Part shown: piece after piece, positions 38,006 to 49,879 of the stretch
Layout of the letters: each line of letters opens with the position of its first letter
How positions within the stretch are numbered: the first letter of the stretch is position 1
Assembly (NCBI GenBank): GCA_026770705.1
Contig: JANJGN010000026.1
Coordinates: 35,526,001 to 35,590,000, forward strand
Source: Isurus oxyrinchus
Taxonomy: Eukaryota
Length of the DNA: 64,000 nucleotides
Direction: 5' to 3'
The notes under the pieces: generated by a model
The model's database searches: none
Told to the model about the DNA's origin: nothing
Seen by the model: the letters and a program-made list of their open reading frames with translations, nothing else
Program-made: the position numbers and the translations under genes

Positions 38006-38885
38006 CTCTCTCCTTCTCTCTCTCTCTTGTTTATCTCAATGTCTCTCCTTCATTTGTATCTTTCTTCCTTCATTTTCTTTCTCTCTGTCTCTCAATGTGC
38101 TCGTCCCTCAGTCTCTCACTTACAAACACGTTTGAAGAACAAGTACTTAGCTGCCCAGGCGTTGCCCTAGCCCTTCGTGATTATTTGATTCATTGAAAAT
38201 ATCCAAGTGTTGTTTTTGCATTAAATTCCCTGGGGACTCTTCAGGATTAGATGTCTGTTACTGTTGCAGAAAAGGAGATTAGTCAAATGGGCGCAGCAAC
38301 AACACAAGACATGTACATTCCTGGCCATAACAGGCCTCTAAATCTCTCTATTTTATATCAGGACATTCGTTTCCAAAACCAAATGCGGTTTCTACTCATT
38401 TTCCAGGCTCCAATTACATTCATCATAAATCGGAGCATCAAACCAGTTGATGTGCTCAGTCCCCATCAGACACAATATTTGCCTATCCTTGTATAAAAGT
38501 ATACTGTGGATGCTCTAACATAAAATTTTAAAAGTGCTTTAAGACACGGCAGGTCTGGAAGCATCTGTGGAAAGGGAAACAGATTAAAGCTTTGATTCGA
38601 ATTTAACTCTTCTTTGGAACTCCGAGTTGGCCCAACAGCCTTTCCTGAGCTATAGGAGATAGTTGTATCTTTTACTGAAAAGGAAAAATGTGAAACCTGG
38701 CTCCAGAGGGCATGTCAGTGCGAAAAATATATCAGTGTTCGATTGTTCCCTTGCTCTTGTTGACGATGTGAAATATGTTTATCAAAAAAATATATTTGCT
38801 TGTAAATCTCAATGACCCCAAATTAAACCAATTCTCCAGCAATATTCCTGATCCAGCGAGTGCAGAAACCAGCAAAACACAATGG

Positions 38886-39300
38886 ATGGAATTACAGCTT
38901 CTGGTTTTGATTTTAGGTGAGGATTTTGTGGAGAATAGTTTTTGCCATTAGAACATGTTTCTTATCTTCTGTATCAGAAGTTATCAACGGAGAGACTGTG
39001 ATCAACCAGTCACAGCGGATCTTTACAGAAGAGGGACAATCGATTGAATTGCAGTAAAATGCAATCACCAGGGCCCCTGAGAGTATTCACTGGTACAGAA
39101 TACGACAGAATCGTGGCCTGTAATTTATCAGGTCAGCTGTTAGCAGATGCACCACAGGCAGATTCTTCAACATATTCATTTACCCAACAAGAAGTTATTA
39201 CATTCCCGGTAGGGACAGCACCGTGGACCCAGAAGCTGGGGTGTATTACTGTGCATTGAGGCACTGAGAGATAAAACAACCATTCCGAGCTGACAACCTC
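38886..39300 (+). pseudogene. TCR V pseudogene
   Basis: Leader MELQLLVLIL|GTGAGG; exon from 38978 EEGQSIELQ*..IHWYRIR...EAGVYYCALR; heptamer CACTGAG 39262-39268, decayed nonamer. Confidence 0.88.
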
Positions 39301-39581
39301 CACAACGGCAACTGCTCTCCTCAGTGTGCTGACTCCTTTGTGAACTACAGGCCCACAGACGCCATCCATTCTGCAGGGACAGGGTTAATAGGATCAGCTG
39401 AAGCCTGTTACTGTTTCACTGCTATCGTTTTCTCTTCATGTTGTTAACCATCAGCTCTTGATGGTTGGGTTGGGAATGATAAACCAAATTAAACTCATCA
39501 CCGCGATGTTGCTGCAGGTCTGAGCTGGCAACAGTGTTTGGTTCAATCACTTCAGTTGCAAACGGAGATCAATGAACAAGT

Positions 39582-39691
39582 ACAGCAGCGGAGGAGTCCA
39601 TCAATACACCATACAGCAGAGGAGGAGTCGAACAATATACCATAAAGCAGAGGAGGAGTCCAACAACGCACCATACAGCAGAGGCCGAGTC
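39582..39691. repeat. 30-bp tandem repeat, about 3.5 copies
   Basis: AGCAGAGGAGGAGTC.AACAATA.ACCATA units. Confidence 0.8.
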
Positions 39692-40583
39692 ATTTTGCCC
39701 CATTGTGCTTGAGTTTACTCTTCGCATGGGCTATCCAATTAATCCCACGTCTCCGCTCTTTCCCCAAACCTCCAAAAATTGCTCCTTTACATGTTTGAAA
39801 CATTATTCAGTTATTTCATTTAGAAAAAGAATGAAAGAAACATATTCTGAAATAGAGGCATTCATTTCAAATACACGTTGTTTTATTATAATTGTTACGA
39901 TGAACAATCGAGATATTGTAATGTAAAGGTATGGTAAAAATATTTCACTGAGCAGATCCCCACAGTTTCTCTGATCTCATCTGCAGCTTGCACTCTCCCA
40001 TTCTGCTCAAGCCTGTCAGTCAGGCCGCCCCCATTTCATTCATATGATAAGTGGAATTGGTCTAAGTGACCATGTCGCTTTAGTCAAAGCCTTCAGAGCG
40101 CACTGGTCCTCTATACCCACCTTTATATTAGGTGGTGTTTGTCTAATTCAACACGGCATTTTATTCAAATTCTTCTGGGTACACTGGTCCTCTATACCAA
40201 CATTTCTATTAGCTGTGGGTAGCTGCACTGATCAGCTCTTTTAATGGGAGGCTCCGGCACTGCTACCAGCACAATATGGACTATTTCCCTTCACTCCATC
40301 CACCTCAGAGACTGAAACAGTTGGAGGGACAACATTGTGTTGAATTCCTGTCCAGTTCCCTGTTCCATTCATTGCTGGCCGCTCGGATGTCATAAATTGG
40401 AGGATAAAGGAGCTCTCAGCTGATTGGACGAATAACAGAATAAAGGATTTGATTGGTCCACCTGCTGACTCTGTCAGGAATGAACCAATCGGCAGAGACA
40501 CCGGATGTTGCTCAACGTTAACCCAACTCTTCACGAAAACAATTTCAGGTTCTATTCAAATCCGGCTTCAACTGTCTGCAAGC

Positions 40584-41095
40584 ATGTCGGTTATTACTTT
40601 TTATTCGTTCCTCACAACTGCAGCTCTCGTAACTGGTAAGCTTACAGCTGCAAAATCTCCTTGCAGGCAATGTGTTCTATGTTCACTATGTTTTGTCTCT
40701 GTTTCTAATGTGCCCCGTCACCTGATGATATTAAGTATATTAAAATGATGATAAAAGCTTAACGTTCTGTATTTCTAAATTTCTACAGGTGTTAATGGTG
40801 CAGTGTCGGTATCACAGGAGCCGCTTATAGCGAAACATTTCGAAGGACATTCGGTGACCATTAATTATAGCTACTCGGGCACTGATAGCTCATATTCCTT
40901 ACAACTGTACCGTCAGGACCAGGATAAAGCCCCCAAATTCTTGATCTACATCCCTAACTACGGGGATGTTGTCAGAGCAGAGGGCATAGGGATTCGATTT
41001 TCTGCATCGATCGACACTTCGAAAAGTGAGGGGAATTTCACCATCCGTGACTTGCTGCTGTCTGACAGCGCGGTGTATTACTGCGGGCTGAGAGA
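40584..41095 (+). CDS. Potentially functional TCR alpha/delta V segment (leader 40584-40635, V exon 40789-41095) lacking Cys23 and Trp41
   Basis: MSVITFYSFLTTAALVT G|GTAAGC...CTACAG|; VNGAVSVSQEP...VTINYSYSG..LQLYRQDQDKAPKFLI...SDSAVYYCGLR, no stops. Confidence 0.9.
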
Positions 41096-41134
41096 CACAG
41101 TGACAGGAAACAGAGGGAGCCCCGTACAAAAACA
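41096..41134 (+). other. 23-RSS
   Basis: CACAGTG, 23-bp spacer, ACAAAAACA. Confidence 0.97.
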
Positions 41135-41609
41135 CTGCCGCAATGTGATAAGGTGAATAGAATAGGCGGCATACTGTGGAGAAACCAGAACTTCATTAAA
41201 TTATCAGTATATCGAGCTGATTTCATATAAGTAACAAGCCGAGAGTAGCACATGCAGCATTGGAGAAGGCCTGCTCTGTTCCATTTACATCCAATATATT
41301 CTGAACATAATGCAAAAATGTGTTTAGAGATTTCGTAAAATTTTGAAAATTAAAGGTCTTAGGGCAGAAATGCTCAGCAAAGTATTTGACAGTGTGTTCT
41401 GGCCGTTACAGGAGATACACACAATAAGAAAATGCAGCAGCAGGTATGTAACACTGCGGGTCGCTCAGGAAAAGAAGAACAGGCTTTGCATTTACATAAA
41501 GTCCTGCGCCCTGTGTTCAGATTTGCCGAAGTGCTTCCAGCAAAATTCCGAATGCATTCTTTTTCAATTTGGCTTGTGCGTTCTGTCGTTTTACAGACCA
41601 ACCGGTGAC

Positions 41610-41853
41610 AATTCTGCTCCACATTGATACACGGCAGAGACACGAGCCCCAGCGATATTTAAAGGAAGTGTTTTGTTGTCTTGGTCCAATTCAGCGGAAA
41701 ACCGGTCAGGGAAATCTGGAGAAACAATCCCTTCCCCTAGTTATAACCCTTCAGTAAATACCTAGGAACTTCCCCGCGATACTGGATGTACCAAAAGAGC
41801 GTTGATATAGTGTATTTTGTTGCGTAACTGCAGTTCAGTATTATTGTCTGCCC
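41610..41853 (-). pseudogene. TCR V internal fragment (27861/36140 family)
   Basis: GQTIILNCSYAT..LFWYIQYRGEVPRYLLK...PDRFSAELDQ..AVYQCG; no leader or RSS. Confidence 0.85.
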
Positions 41854-41903
41854 TTTGTAAGTCCGCAATATATATCCAGCACTTTAGAGATGTTGCTGTT
41901 GAC

Positions 41904-42461
41904 ATGTTCCTCATGTCCTTTTTAAAAGTATATTGGGGCATCGTGTGTTGATGTGAATTTACATGCTGCCTCCTGCAATATTTAATTACTGAGATGCTTT
42001 CTATTCTCTGGCCTGAATGCTCCAATGCCCCTTGTAATAGGTAGGTTGTGATTGATGTTCCCCACGTTGGGTGGAATGCTCATAATCTGTAAGTGTGTTA
42101 ACTAATATTTTCTATGCTATTTTCCAGGCAAAATCCGTCGGAGCTGGGTAACGCAGCGTCAACGTGAGTTGAAGTTATCTGAGGGAGATAATCCACAATT
42201 GAACTGTAATTACAGTTCCAGTTCTGATGATCCGGATCGCTCTGGTACCGGCTGTACCTGAACCAGACATCCCAGTTTATATTGTTCCGTGATATTGCAC
42301 GGATTGCGAGTTTGCGAAAGGGAAATTCGATGCTTGTCATCATGCTCATTAACATTTTATCCATTTGTCAATTTCTACAGCGGAGGCGAAAGGCAACACA
42401 TTCTATTTCTGCAGATTGAGAGTCTGGGAGCTTCAACGCCGCTCCAGTCCGTGCAAAAACA
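41904..42461 (+). pseudogene. TCR V pseudogene with FR3 end and heptamer deleted
   Basis: VTQRQRELKLSEGDNPQLNCNYSS..WYRLYLNQ; nonamer GCAAAAACA 42453-42461 remains. Confidence 0.82.
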
Positions 42462-42494
42462 TCATCAAACTGCAGGCAAATAGTTAAGCAAAGG

Positions 42495-42658
42495 TAAAAG
42501 CAAAATACTGCGGATGCTGGAAATCTGAAACAAAAACAAAAACACCTGGAAAAACTCAGCAGGTCTGACAGCACCTGCGGAAACAAATACAGTTGATGTT
42601 TCGAGTCAGTCCGAAACGTCAACTCTATTCCTCTCCGCAGATGCTGTCAGACCTACTG
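42495..42658. mobile_element. Partly self-complementary Penelope-terminus mini-insertion with 13-bp TSD
   Basis: AGTTAAGCAAAGG at 42482-42494 and 42659-42671. Confidence 0.85.
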
Positions 42659-42789
42659 AGTTAAGCAAAGGCATCTGCCACAGTGAAAAATAAAATCTTT
42701 CATTGGGAAAATGATGAAAAAACATATGTTTCCATGTTCTGCCACAATGGCGTCAAGGATCATGGACATCAGTTACGCGAAATGAGTAG

Positions 42790-43175
42790 AGAAACTGAAT
42801 TGTTTTCCTCGGAACAGTGGAGATTAAGTGGAATACTAATTGGGGGGACCAAATTTATGAAAGGATTTCAAAACGTAGATGAGGAAAAATTATTCCTGCA
42901 CGCAGCAGGAACGCCGATGGGAGGATACTGATTCAAGGTAATTGACAGAAAAATCCAGGGGTAATTTATGATTATTTTCAAAGTGAGTTGCGATGATCTT
43001 GAAAGCACTGCCTGAAAGGCGGTGGGAGCAGATACAATAATAAGTAATTGATTCATATTTGAAAAAGGTAAACTGCAGGCCTAGGGGGAAAGGCCATGTA
43101 GTTGGTCTTATTGGATAGCTATTGCAGACTGGAAAGCACGGGAACGTTTGGCCGAATGACCTCCTCCTGTGCTGT
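42790..43175 (+). mobile_element. Decayed CR1 3' fragment
   Basis: LFSSEQWRLSG.LI..KFMKGF..VDEEKLF. Confidence 0.7.
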
Positions 43176-44389
43176 ATTATCCAGCAATTCTATGTATCAC
43201 ACCCAATGCTAATCCCGGCACAAGCTGGAGTTCCTTGTGTTGGCTCTTGGCTAAATTCCCGAAACTATCTCCAGAATAGCACTGGAGGAAAACCTTCATG
43301 ATGCATGTTCTGGCAGTTCAAGGTGAAGCTTCAGCACAATATTCTTATGTGAAATTAGGGATGGATAACACATGCTGGCCTTGCCATAATTGCCCATAAG
43401 AAGAAAATAGGTACAATAAAACTAAGAACATAGGGCTGGGATGAAAGCAGCTCGCCTTCGCCTTTAAGACCATTTGCTTCATTAACCTGCTCAGCCTCTC
43501 TCCTCCCATCGTCTCTTTACCCACATTCGGCACAGCTGGGCTTTTGACTAGCTTTTTTCAGGGAAAGCAAACAGAAGCTACACTATGGCAATTATACCGA
43601 TTGGGGAGATAAGACATGATGAAATATGTGAGTTCAACCAAGTTCCTCTTGCTGTTTGTAACATGAGCATCGGTTTCCAACTATAGATTATGAAGGAAAT
43701 GTAATATGGCAGCATTAACATAGATATTTTCAGTTATTACTATTTTTCTTTGTCATTTCTTGATCGTTGTGGTATGAGCAATGGAGACGAGATGTTGTAA
43801 GGCAGTCATAACACAAAAACGTTACAGAGGATAAAAATCCTGATACATTAGAAAATGTAACGAAATACAATGAACATCTGAAAGTGACCAACAGGTGAAT
43901 GCGTTCCTGAGTGATCTGAATGGTCAAGAGTTTTTAGTATTCTACATTTGATCTGCTGTTTTATTCAATAGTTTTCAGTTCTCTTGTTACCATTGATGGC
44001 CCTGAACACTGAAGTCAGGTTCACAGTGATAAATAATTGGCATGTTAGTTTCTCAGCTGCTCTCTTCGTAACGTTATCAGGGAAATATGAAGGATGTTAA
44101 AGGAAAGGGCTTCTTACTTTATTTATGATTCACTTGATTTATGATTTTCCCAGACCTAAAATCTCTGCATATTACACTCGTTATTTTGCACTTTCTATAG
44201 ATTCCTAAAATTCTGTTCTCGTCATGTTCTATTACTGCACTTTTTAGCTTTCTGTTTTTCTCTCACTCATTCTGGCTTTTTCTGCGTTTATGTTTCCAAC
44301 TCTGCTCATTTCTCACCCCCTTGTAAATCTTGAGATACTGGAAACGCTGATCCTCCGATAACAACAGAGCGGCTCTCCCAGAAGGCGCA

Positions 44390-44739
44390 GGTTTCTGTAC
44401 ATATGCTCGTTGTACTGTGGTTTACAGCGCACAAATAAGTGGCCGTGTCTGTAACCCGGGCGCCCCTCACAGCCAGGACACTGTGCTTGTTGTCTACAAC
44501 GATTGATCGCGTTGATTGGCTCCTCTTGTTGCCATCACCAGATGCTGGGGCAGCTGATTTGGGGGTTGTCTTTACCAACGCACAATGTCAAATGCAATAG
44601 TGATGATGCAGTTCATAAACATGATTCCCGTTTCACTAACAATCACCCGCCCAGGGGGTTGCATCACCTCATCTTCACATGTCACATCCGTGCAGATCAG
44701 GGTGGAAAACAGCAAACAGGCTCTGTAAATCCGGAGCAT
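44390..44739 (-). pseudogene. TCR V pseudogene with intronless leader (paralog of 21210)
   Basis: MLRIYRACLLFSTLICTDVTC-EDEVMQPPGRVIVSETGIMFMNC...VRW*RQ...DTATYLCAVN; CACAGTA 44413-44419, 14-bp spacer, ACAGAAACC. Confidence 0.9.
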
Positions 44740-45534
44740 TATCAGAGCACATGAAACACCAGCTGGACCAATTGTCCATTGACTTCGGAGTTAGAGCCGG
44801 GAGATGAATATTATATTCAGAAGAATTAACAAGGAGCAAAACACCAGCTTCAGGTCCTATTCAGAGGGAATCTTCTGTTGAATTAACTAAAGAGACCGGG
44901 TCTTGGGATTGACTCGCCCATATTCAATATTTCACACTGACTCCAGCTAACGTATTCTGTGAGTTCATACTGGGCCGCACACATTCAATATTTCTCAAAG
45001 ATTCACACTGCTCTCTGATGGTGTGCATTGGTAACTGCATGGTACAATCGTTCAAGTCAATTCCCGCCAATCTGCATTTCACAGGAGAATTGTAAATGAG
45101 AACAGCTATTCCCTTCGTCCTTGTAAAGCACCCCTATCTGGAGAGGCCCTGTACCTCGCTTTCAATTGCAGCATTCAACGATCCCAGTGTATCTTCCTCC
45201 CTCATTCTAGTTGAATCTTTATTCCACAGTGTGATCACCTTCAGTGTGACAACAGGAATCTCTCTTGACATGCGTCTCAAAAGCTCATTTTATAGTTTAA
45301 ACTCGTGTGCTGCCCCACATGGATGCAGTGCAAAATTTTCTGTTGGATATTTGCAACACACCAACATTGGCAACTCATAAAAGTATATTTCGCTAAAACA
45401 AATACAAGTTGACCACCAGCGTTAAGTTAATGCCTCTATTTCGTCATTTGTTCGTTTAATCACATTTTCTCAATGAAGTTACTGGACAATTGTGAGTCTC
45501 GAATTGCCCTGTCACTGAAAACAACATGGTATCT

Positions 45535-45551
45535 CACTACCTTCTGGCGGC
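45535..45551 (-). promoter_or_regulatory. CTCF-like motif
   Basis: GCCGCCAGAAGGTAGTG. Confidence 0.5.
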
Positions 45552-45775
45552 AGCGACATTGCACTACAGGGTGCTTCTTTACAACACTTGTTCACCTTCG
45601 GAACTCAGGAGTGAGTTCAACAATTTCCGGTTCGAAACTCTACTGCATTTATACTTATTCATCTTTTTAGTTTAGACGGCACCTGGTGGTGAGGAATCTG
45701 ATTTTCATAAGTTTACTTCATCCAGGCAAATCTACCCGTCTGTTTTATCTTTTCCTGTTGTAGCGTCTTTATCAG

Positions 45776-46094
45776 GTCTGAGTCACGGAAGTTCTGTAAT
45801 GCAGCCGCTGTCCTCAGGAGTAAGGAAAGGATAACCGGCGAACTTAAAATGCACCGATAATAATACATGGACAGGCAACTGATATCAGCCAGAAACTGAA
45901 ACACAGCCAGTGCTTAATCTGATAAAATATCCAAACGACTCCGAAGATAAAGCACATTTTGCTGAAATCTGGTTTACAGTGCACACTTGCCAACTTGACA
46001 AAATTCAGCATCTTCAGCTGAACAAAGCTGTAGTTTATTATTGCTCCCTTCGACTCACAATGTTGGAAACCAGTTAAACCCTCATACAGCTATT
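45776..46094 (+). pseudogene. TCR V pseudogene (delta-like)
   Basis: LSHGSSVMQP...NLKCT...*YQ...LQLNKAVVYYCSLR; CACAATG 46056-46062, 23-bp spacer, ACAGCTATT. Confidence 0.85.
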
Positions 46095-46263
46095 CCCGCC
46101 AATTTGTAAATCAGGAACTTTGCCTGCTGATGTAACTTCTAGCGGAGACTAGATGTGAATGCCATTAAAAAACAATTACATAGAAAATCTGCCAGGTTCC
46201 GCTGTTCATTACCCTGAGCCACCCACTTTCTCTGAACTGAGTTTGAGAAGATTGTTAAGTAAG

Positions 46264-46280
46264 GGCCACCAGAGGGCAGT
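46264..46280 (+). promoter_or_regulatory. CTCF-binding motif
   Basis: GGCCACCAGAGGGCAGT. Confidence 0.7.
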
Positions 46281-46484
46281 AATAGCGTGGATTATGAAAA
46301 AGACAGCACCTGTGGAAATATTAACAGATTTAACGTTGCAGGTAAAGTACCTTCCTTATACCTAAACATATTCAGGTAATCGGCACGGACCAATCGACAG
46401 AGTCCAGGGTGCACTTGGATGAGGTTGGCTGTTTGTTTGGCTGACGGGATTCGTTGAAGGCTGAAACCTCTTTTTTGTTGTTTC

Positions 46485-46795
46485 ATGTGGTTGAGCGTCG
46501 CTGGCAAGAACAGCATTTCTTGCTCATCAATTAATTTCCCTTCAGTAAGTGCTGGCGAGCCGCCCTCTTGAATCGCTATGGTTCATTTGTTGTTGTGATG
46601 GGATGTTGTGTTAGTGATGTTAGGGGGGAGTTCCGGTATATTGACCCAGTGACAATGAAAGAACGGCGATATAATTCCACGTCAGGATGGTATGTGGCTG
46701 GGAGGAGAAATTGCAGGAGCTGATATTCTCTTTGTTTAGGTGGAAAATATTGAGGGTTTGAGACATACTGTCGAAGGTACCTTGACGAGTTCATT
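46485..46795 (-). mobile_element. L2/CR1-group LINE 3' tail
   Basis: Reverse complement resembles 10045-10378. Confidence 0.7.
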
Positions 46796-47448
46796 CAATC
46801 ACAAAAATTTAAGTGCAAGCAATAATTTCCAGTGGAATCCAATGGTTGCCCTAGTTAACTAATGAATTTCTGCAAATATGGTAATTGCTAAAATAGGCAA
46901 GCTGTAAATACTTCTAATGATCAATTCAGCCATGAGTACTGAGCGCATGAGGTGTTCGTACACCCTGGATCCGTCAAACAGTCAATCACTCCTCTTCCAT
47001 CGTTGAATTCATTTCAAATGTGGTATTTTTCTATTTGCCGCTTTGTTGTAATCAGATTCCTCAGGAGCCAGTGGCCGCGTGTATCATCTATGGGGTGTCT
47101 TCATAGTCAGACAGCAGCAATTGGGGCTCCGGTTCTGAAAGTAGAACAGCATTCACTGCTTTCCTTCTCTTCCTCCGCCTGACTGATTGAATCGTTATAG
47201 GGCCAACATTGGGTATAAACCCTGCCTCATTCCCTGTTGTATGAATCGGAGATCAAAGGAGCTGTGAGCTAATTGATTGAATTGAAAACAAAGGCATTTT
47301 CAGCTGAATGGATGTAACCTGATGACGCTGTCAGCAATGATCCAATCAGCAGCGATGCGGATGTCACTCAACTTCTCACCAATTCTTGGCGAAAATAATT
47401 TCAGCTTCAGCCGATTCTAGTCATATCCACCGCGAGCTCTCTGCAAAC

Positions 47449-47500
47449 ATGTCGCCCGTTGCTTTGAACTTATTCTTCACAGCGGCAGCTCTTTTAGTTG
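47449..47500 (+). pseudogene. Orphan leader exon of the 40584 family
   Basis: MSPVALNLFFTAAALLV, donor G|ATAGGT, paralogous promoter 47245-47445; no matching V exon seen. Confidence 0.78.
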
Positions 47501-47864
47501 ATAGGTTCACAAATTGCGAAACTCTGCGTTTTACATCCCGTCCTACCATTACATTTAATTGGGTAGTTCAGTCTACACAGGGGGGTTGGGGGGGCGGGGG
47601 GCGTGGGGGGGGGGGGGTGGAATAGATTGATCCAAAATGTGAAAAATCGCCCCGATCCACCTCGTACCAACACGGAACACTGTCTTGGGAGAAGTAGGCG
47701 AAATTCCCGGAGTGATTGAGAGCAGAGGAGTTGGGCTGGGATCCTAGACTCCACTTGTGCACTTGAGAGACTTTGGCAGATTCAAGAGTTCGAACGAAAC
47801 CCTCCGACTGTTCCCAGTTTTCCCTTCAAATCACCGGAGATGACGGTGAGGAACTGATCTCAAT

Positions 47865-49151
47865 CAAAAACAGAATTACCTGGAAAAACTCAGCAGGTCT
47901 GGCAGCATCGGCGGAGAAGAAAAGAGTTGACGTTTCGAGTCCTCATGACCCTTCGACAGAACTTGATTTCGAGTCCAAGAAAGAGTTGAAATATAAGCTG
48001 GTTTAAGGTGTGTGTGTGGGGGGGGGAGGAGAGAGAGAGAGAGACAGAGGTGCTTGTGTAGACAAACAAGCAGTGATAGAAGCAGATCATCAAAAGATGT
48101 CAGTGACAATGGTGCAAAAGAACACATAGGTATTAAAGTTAAAGTTGGTGATATTATCTAAACGAATGTGCTAATTAAGAATGGATGGTAGGGCACTCAA
48201 GGTACAGCTCTAGTGAGGGTGGGGGGAGCATAAAAGATTTTAAAATATTTAAAAATAATGGAAATAGGTGGGAAAGGAAAAATCTATAAAATTTATAGGG
48301 AAAAAAAAGGGGAAAAAAGGGGGAAACAGAAAGGGGGTGGGGATGGGGGAGGGAGCTCACGACCTAAAGTTATTGAATTCAATATTCAGACCGGAAGGCT
48401 GTAAGGTGCCTAGTCGGAAGATGAGGTGCTGTTCCTCCAGTTTGCGTTGGGCTTCACTGGAACAATGCAGCAAGCCAAGGACAGACATGTGGGCAAGAGA
48501 GCAGGGTGGAGTGTTAAAATGGCAAGCGACAGGGAGGTTTGGGTCATTCTTGCGGACAGACCGCAGGTGTTCTGCAAAGCGGTCGCCCAGTTTACGTTTG
48601 GTCTCTCCAATGTAGAGGAGACCGCATTGGGAGCAACGAATGCAGTAGACTAAGTTGGGGGAAATGCAAGTGAAATGCTGCTTCACTTGAAAGGAATGTT
48701 TGGGCCCTTGGACGGTGAGGAGAGAGGAAGTGAAGGGGCAGGTGTTACATCTTTTGCGTGGGCATGGGGTGGTGCCATAGGAGGGGGTTGAGGAGTAGGG
48801 GGTGATGGAGGAGTGGACCAGGGTGTCCCGGAGGGAGCAATCCCTACGGAATGCCGATAAGGGGGGTGAAGGGAAGATGTGTTTGGTGGTGGCATCATGC
48901 TGGAGTTGGCGGAAATGGTGGAGGATGATCCTTTGAATGCGGAGGCTGGTGGGGTGATAAGTGAGGACAAGGGGGACCCTATCATGTTTCTGGGAGGGCG
49001 GAGAAGGCGTGAGGGCGGATGCGCGGGAGATGGGCCGGACACGGTTGAGGGCCCTGTCAACGACCGTGCGTGGAAAACCTCGGTTAAGGAAGAAGGAGGA
49101 CATGTCAGAGGAACCGTTTTTGAAGGTAGCATCATCGGAACAGATGCGACG
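47865..49151 (-). mobile_element. Young 5'-truncated Penelope-like element with open GIY-YIG ORF
   Basis: 248-aa ORF 48357-49103 (NLVYCIRCSQCGLLYIGETKRKLGDRFAEH...GLNIEF) followed by pseudo-LTR. Confidence 0.95.
47926..47962 (-). ncRNA. Hammerhead-like motif, variant core CUGUCGA
   Basis: GTT-CTGTCGA-A-GGGTC(ATGAG)GACTC-GAAA-CGTC-AAC; same variant at 12041-12077. Confidence 0.55.
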
Positions 49152-49227
49152 ATCTCAATGTTCACTCAGGAACGTTTTATTGAATCGATCCAAGCACCTT
49201 CCCTTTACAGCACCTGAGCTGCAGGAA

Positions 49228-49669
49228 ATATATTTCTATTTAGCTGCCATGATTTATTTCTCAGGTTCCGGGTGACAGGCCGATTTTGGGGCATAGACAT
49301 AGTGAAGTGACATCGTTTAATTGAATATCGCTCTTGGCTCTTATAGGACATTGTGGAGGAGGCTCTGTTTCACAGACACTGGCTGCAGTCACAGTGAGTG
49401 AAGGAGACGATGTTCAGCTGCTCTGTAATTATACAGCTACAAGCAGCGTCAATCCTTATCTATTCTGGTATCGTCAGTATCCCAGCGGATTCCTAGAGTA
49501 TCTACTGAAGAGAAACAGATACATGGCTAACACAGAGATATTTCCCGGAGACCGTTTTTCAGCGGAGCTCAATGAAAGTGTCTAAAACAGAATTGTCATG
49601 CTCTGCGGTGTATCACTGCACGCTGTACCCCACAGACACACAGAGCAGGGCTGAACCTGTATGAAAACT
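49228..49669 (+). pseudogene. TCR V pseudogene
   Basis: ATA-start leader; exon from 49347 SVSQT..EGDDVQLLCNY..LFWYRQYP...NESV* plus FR3 deletion; CACAGAC 49631-49637, 23-bp spacer, ATGAAAACT. Confidence 0.92.
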
Positions 49670-49879
49670 GTCAGAACGACACTCAACATTACGGAGCAAG
49701 GCGCAAACATTGTGATCGAGGTGAGTCTGAACTACTTACTTAAATCGTAGTGACATTTATACATTTATTTCTAATTTATAGTTTTATTCTTAATAATTTT
49801 ATCATGAAACAATCTTAATGCGGGCATATTAGCAAAAGATAATACAATATTTATATGATTCTTTTCTTCATGTTCCAAA

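Noticed and set aside
48683-49275. Alternative-frame and antisense ORFs recurring in Penelope copies (MFGGGI..., MERPN...)
   Set aside because: Shadows of the same repeat sequence, not independent genes
47449-49669. Leader 47449 splicing across the Penelope element to V exon 49347
   Set aside because: Donor is mutated, the V has its own leader remnant at 49228 and carries a stop
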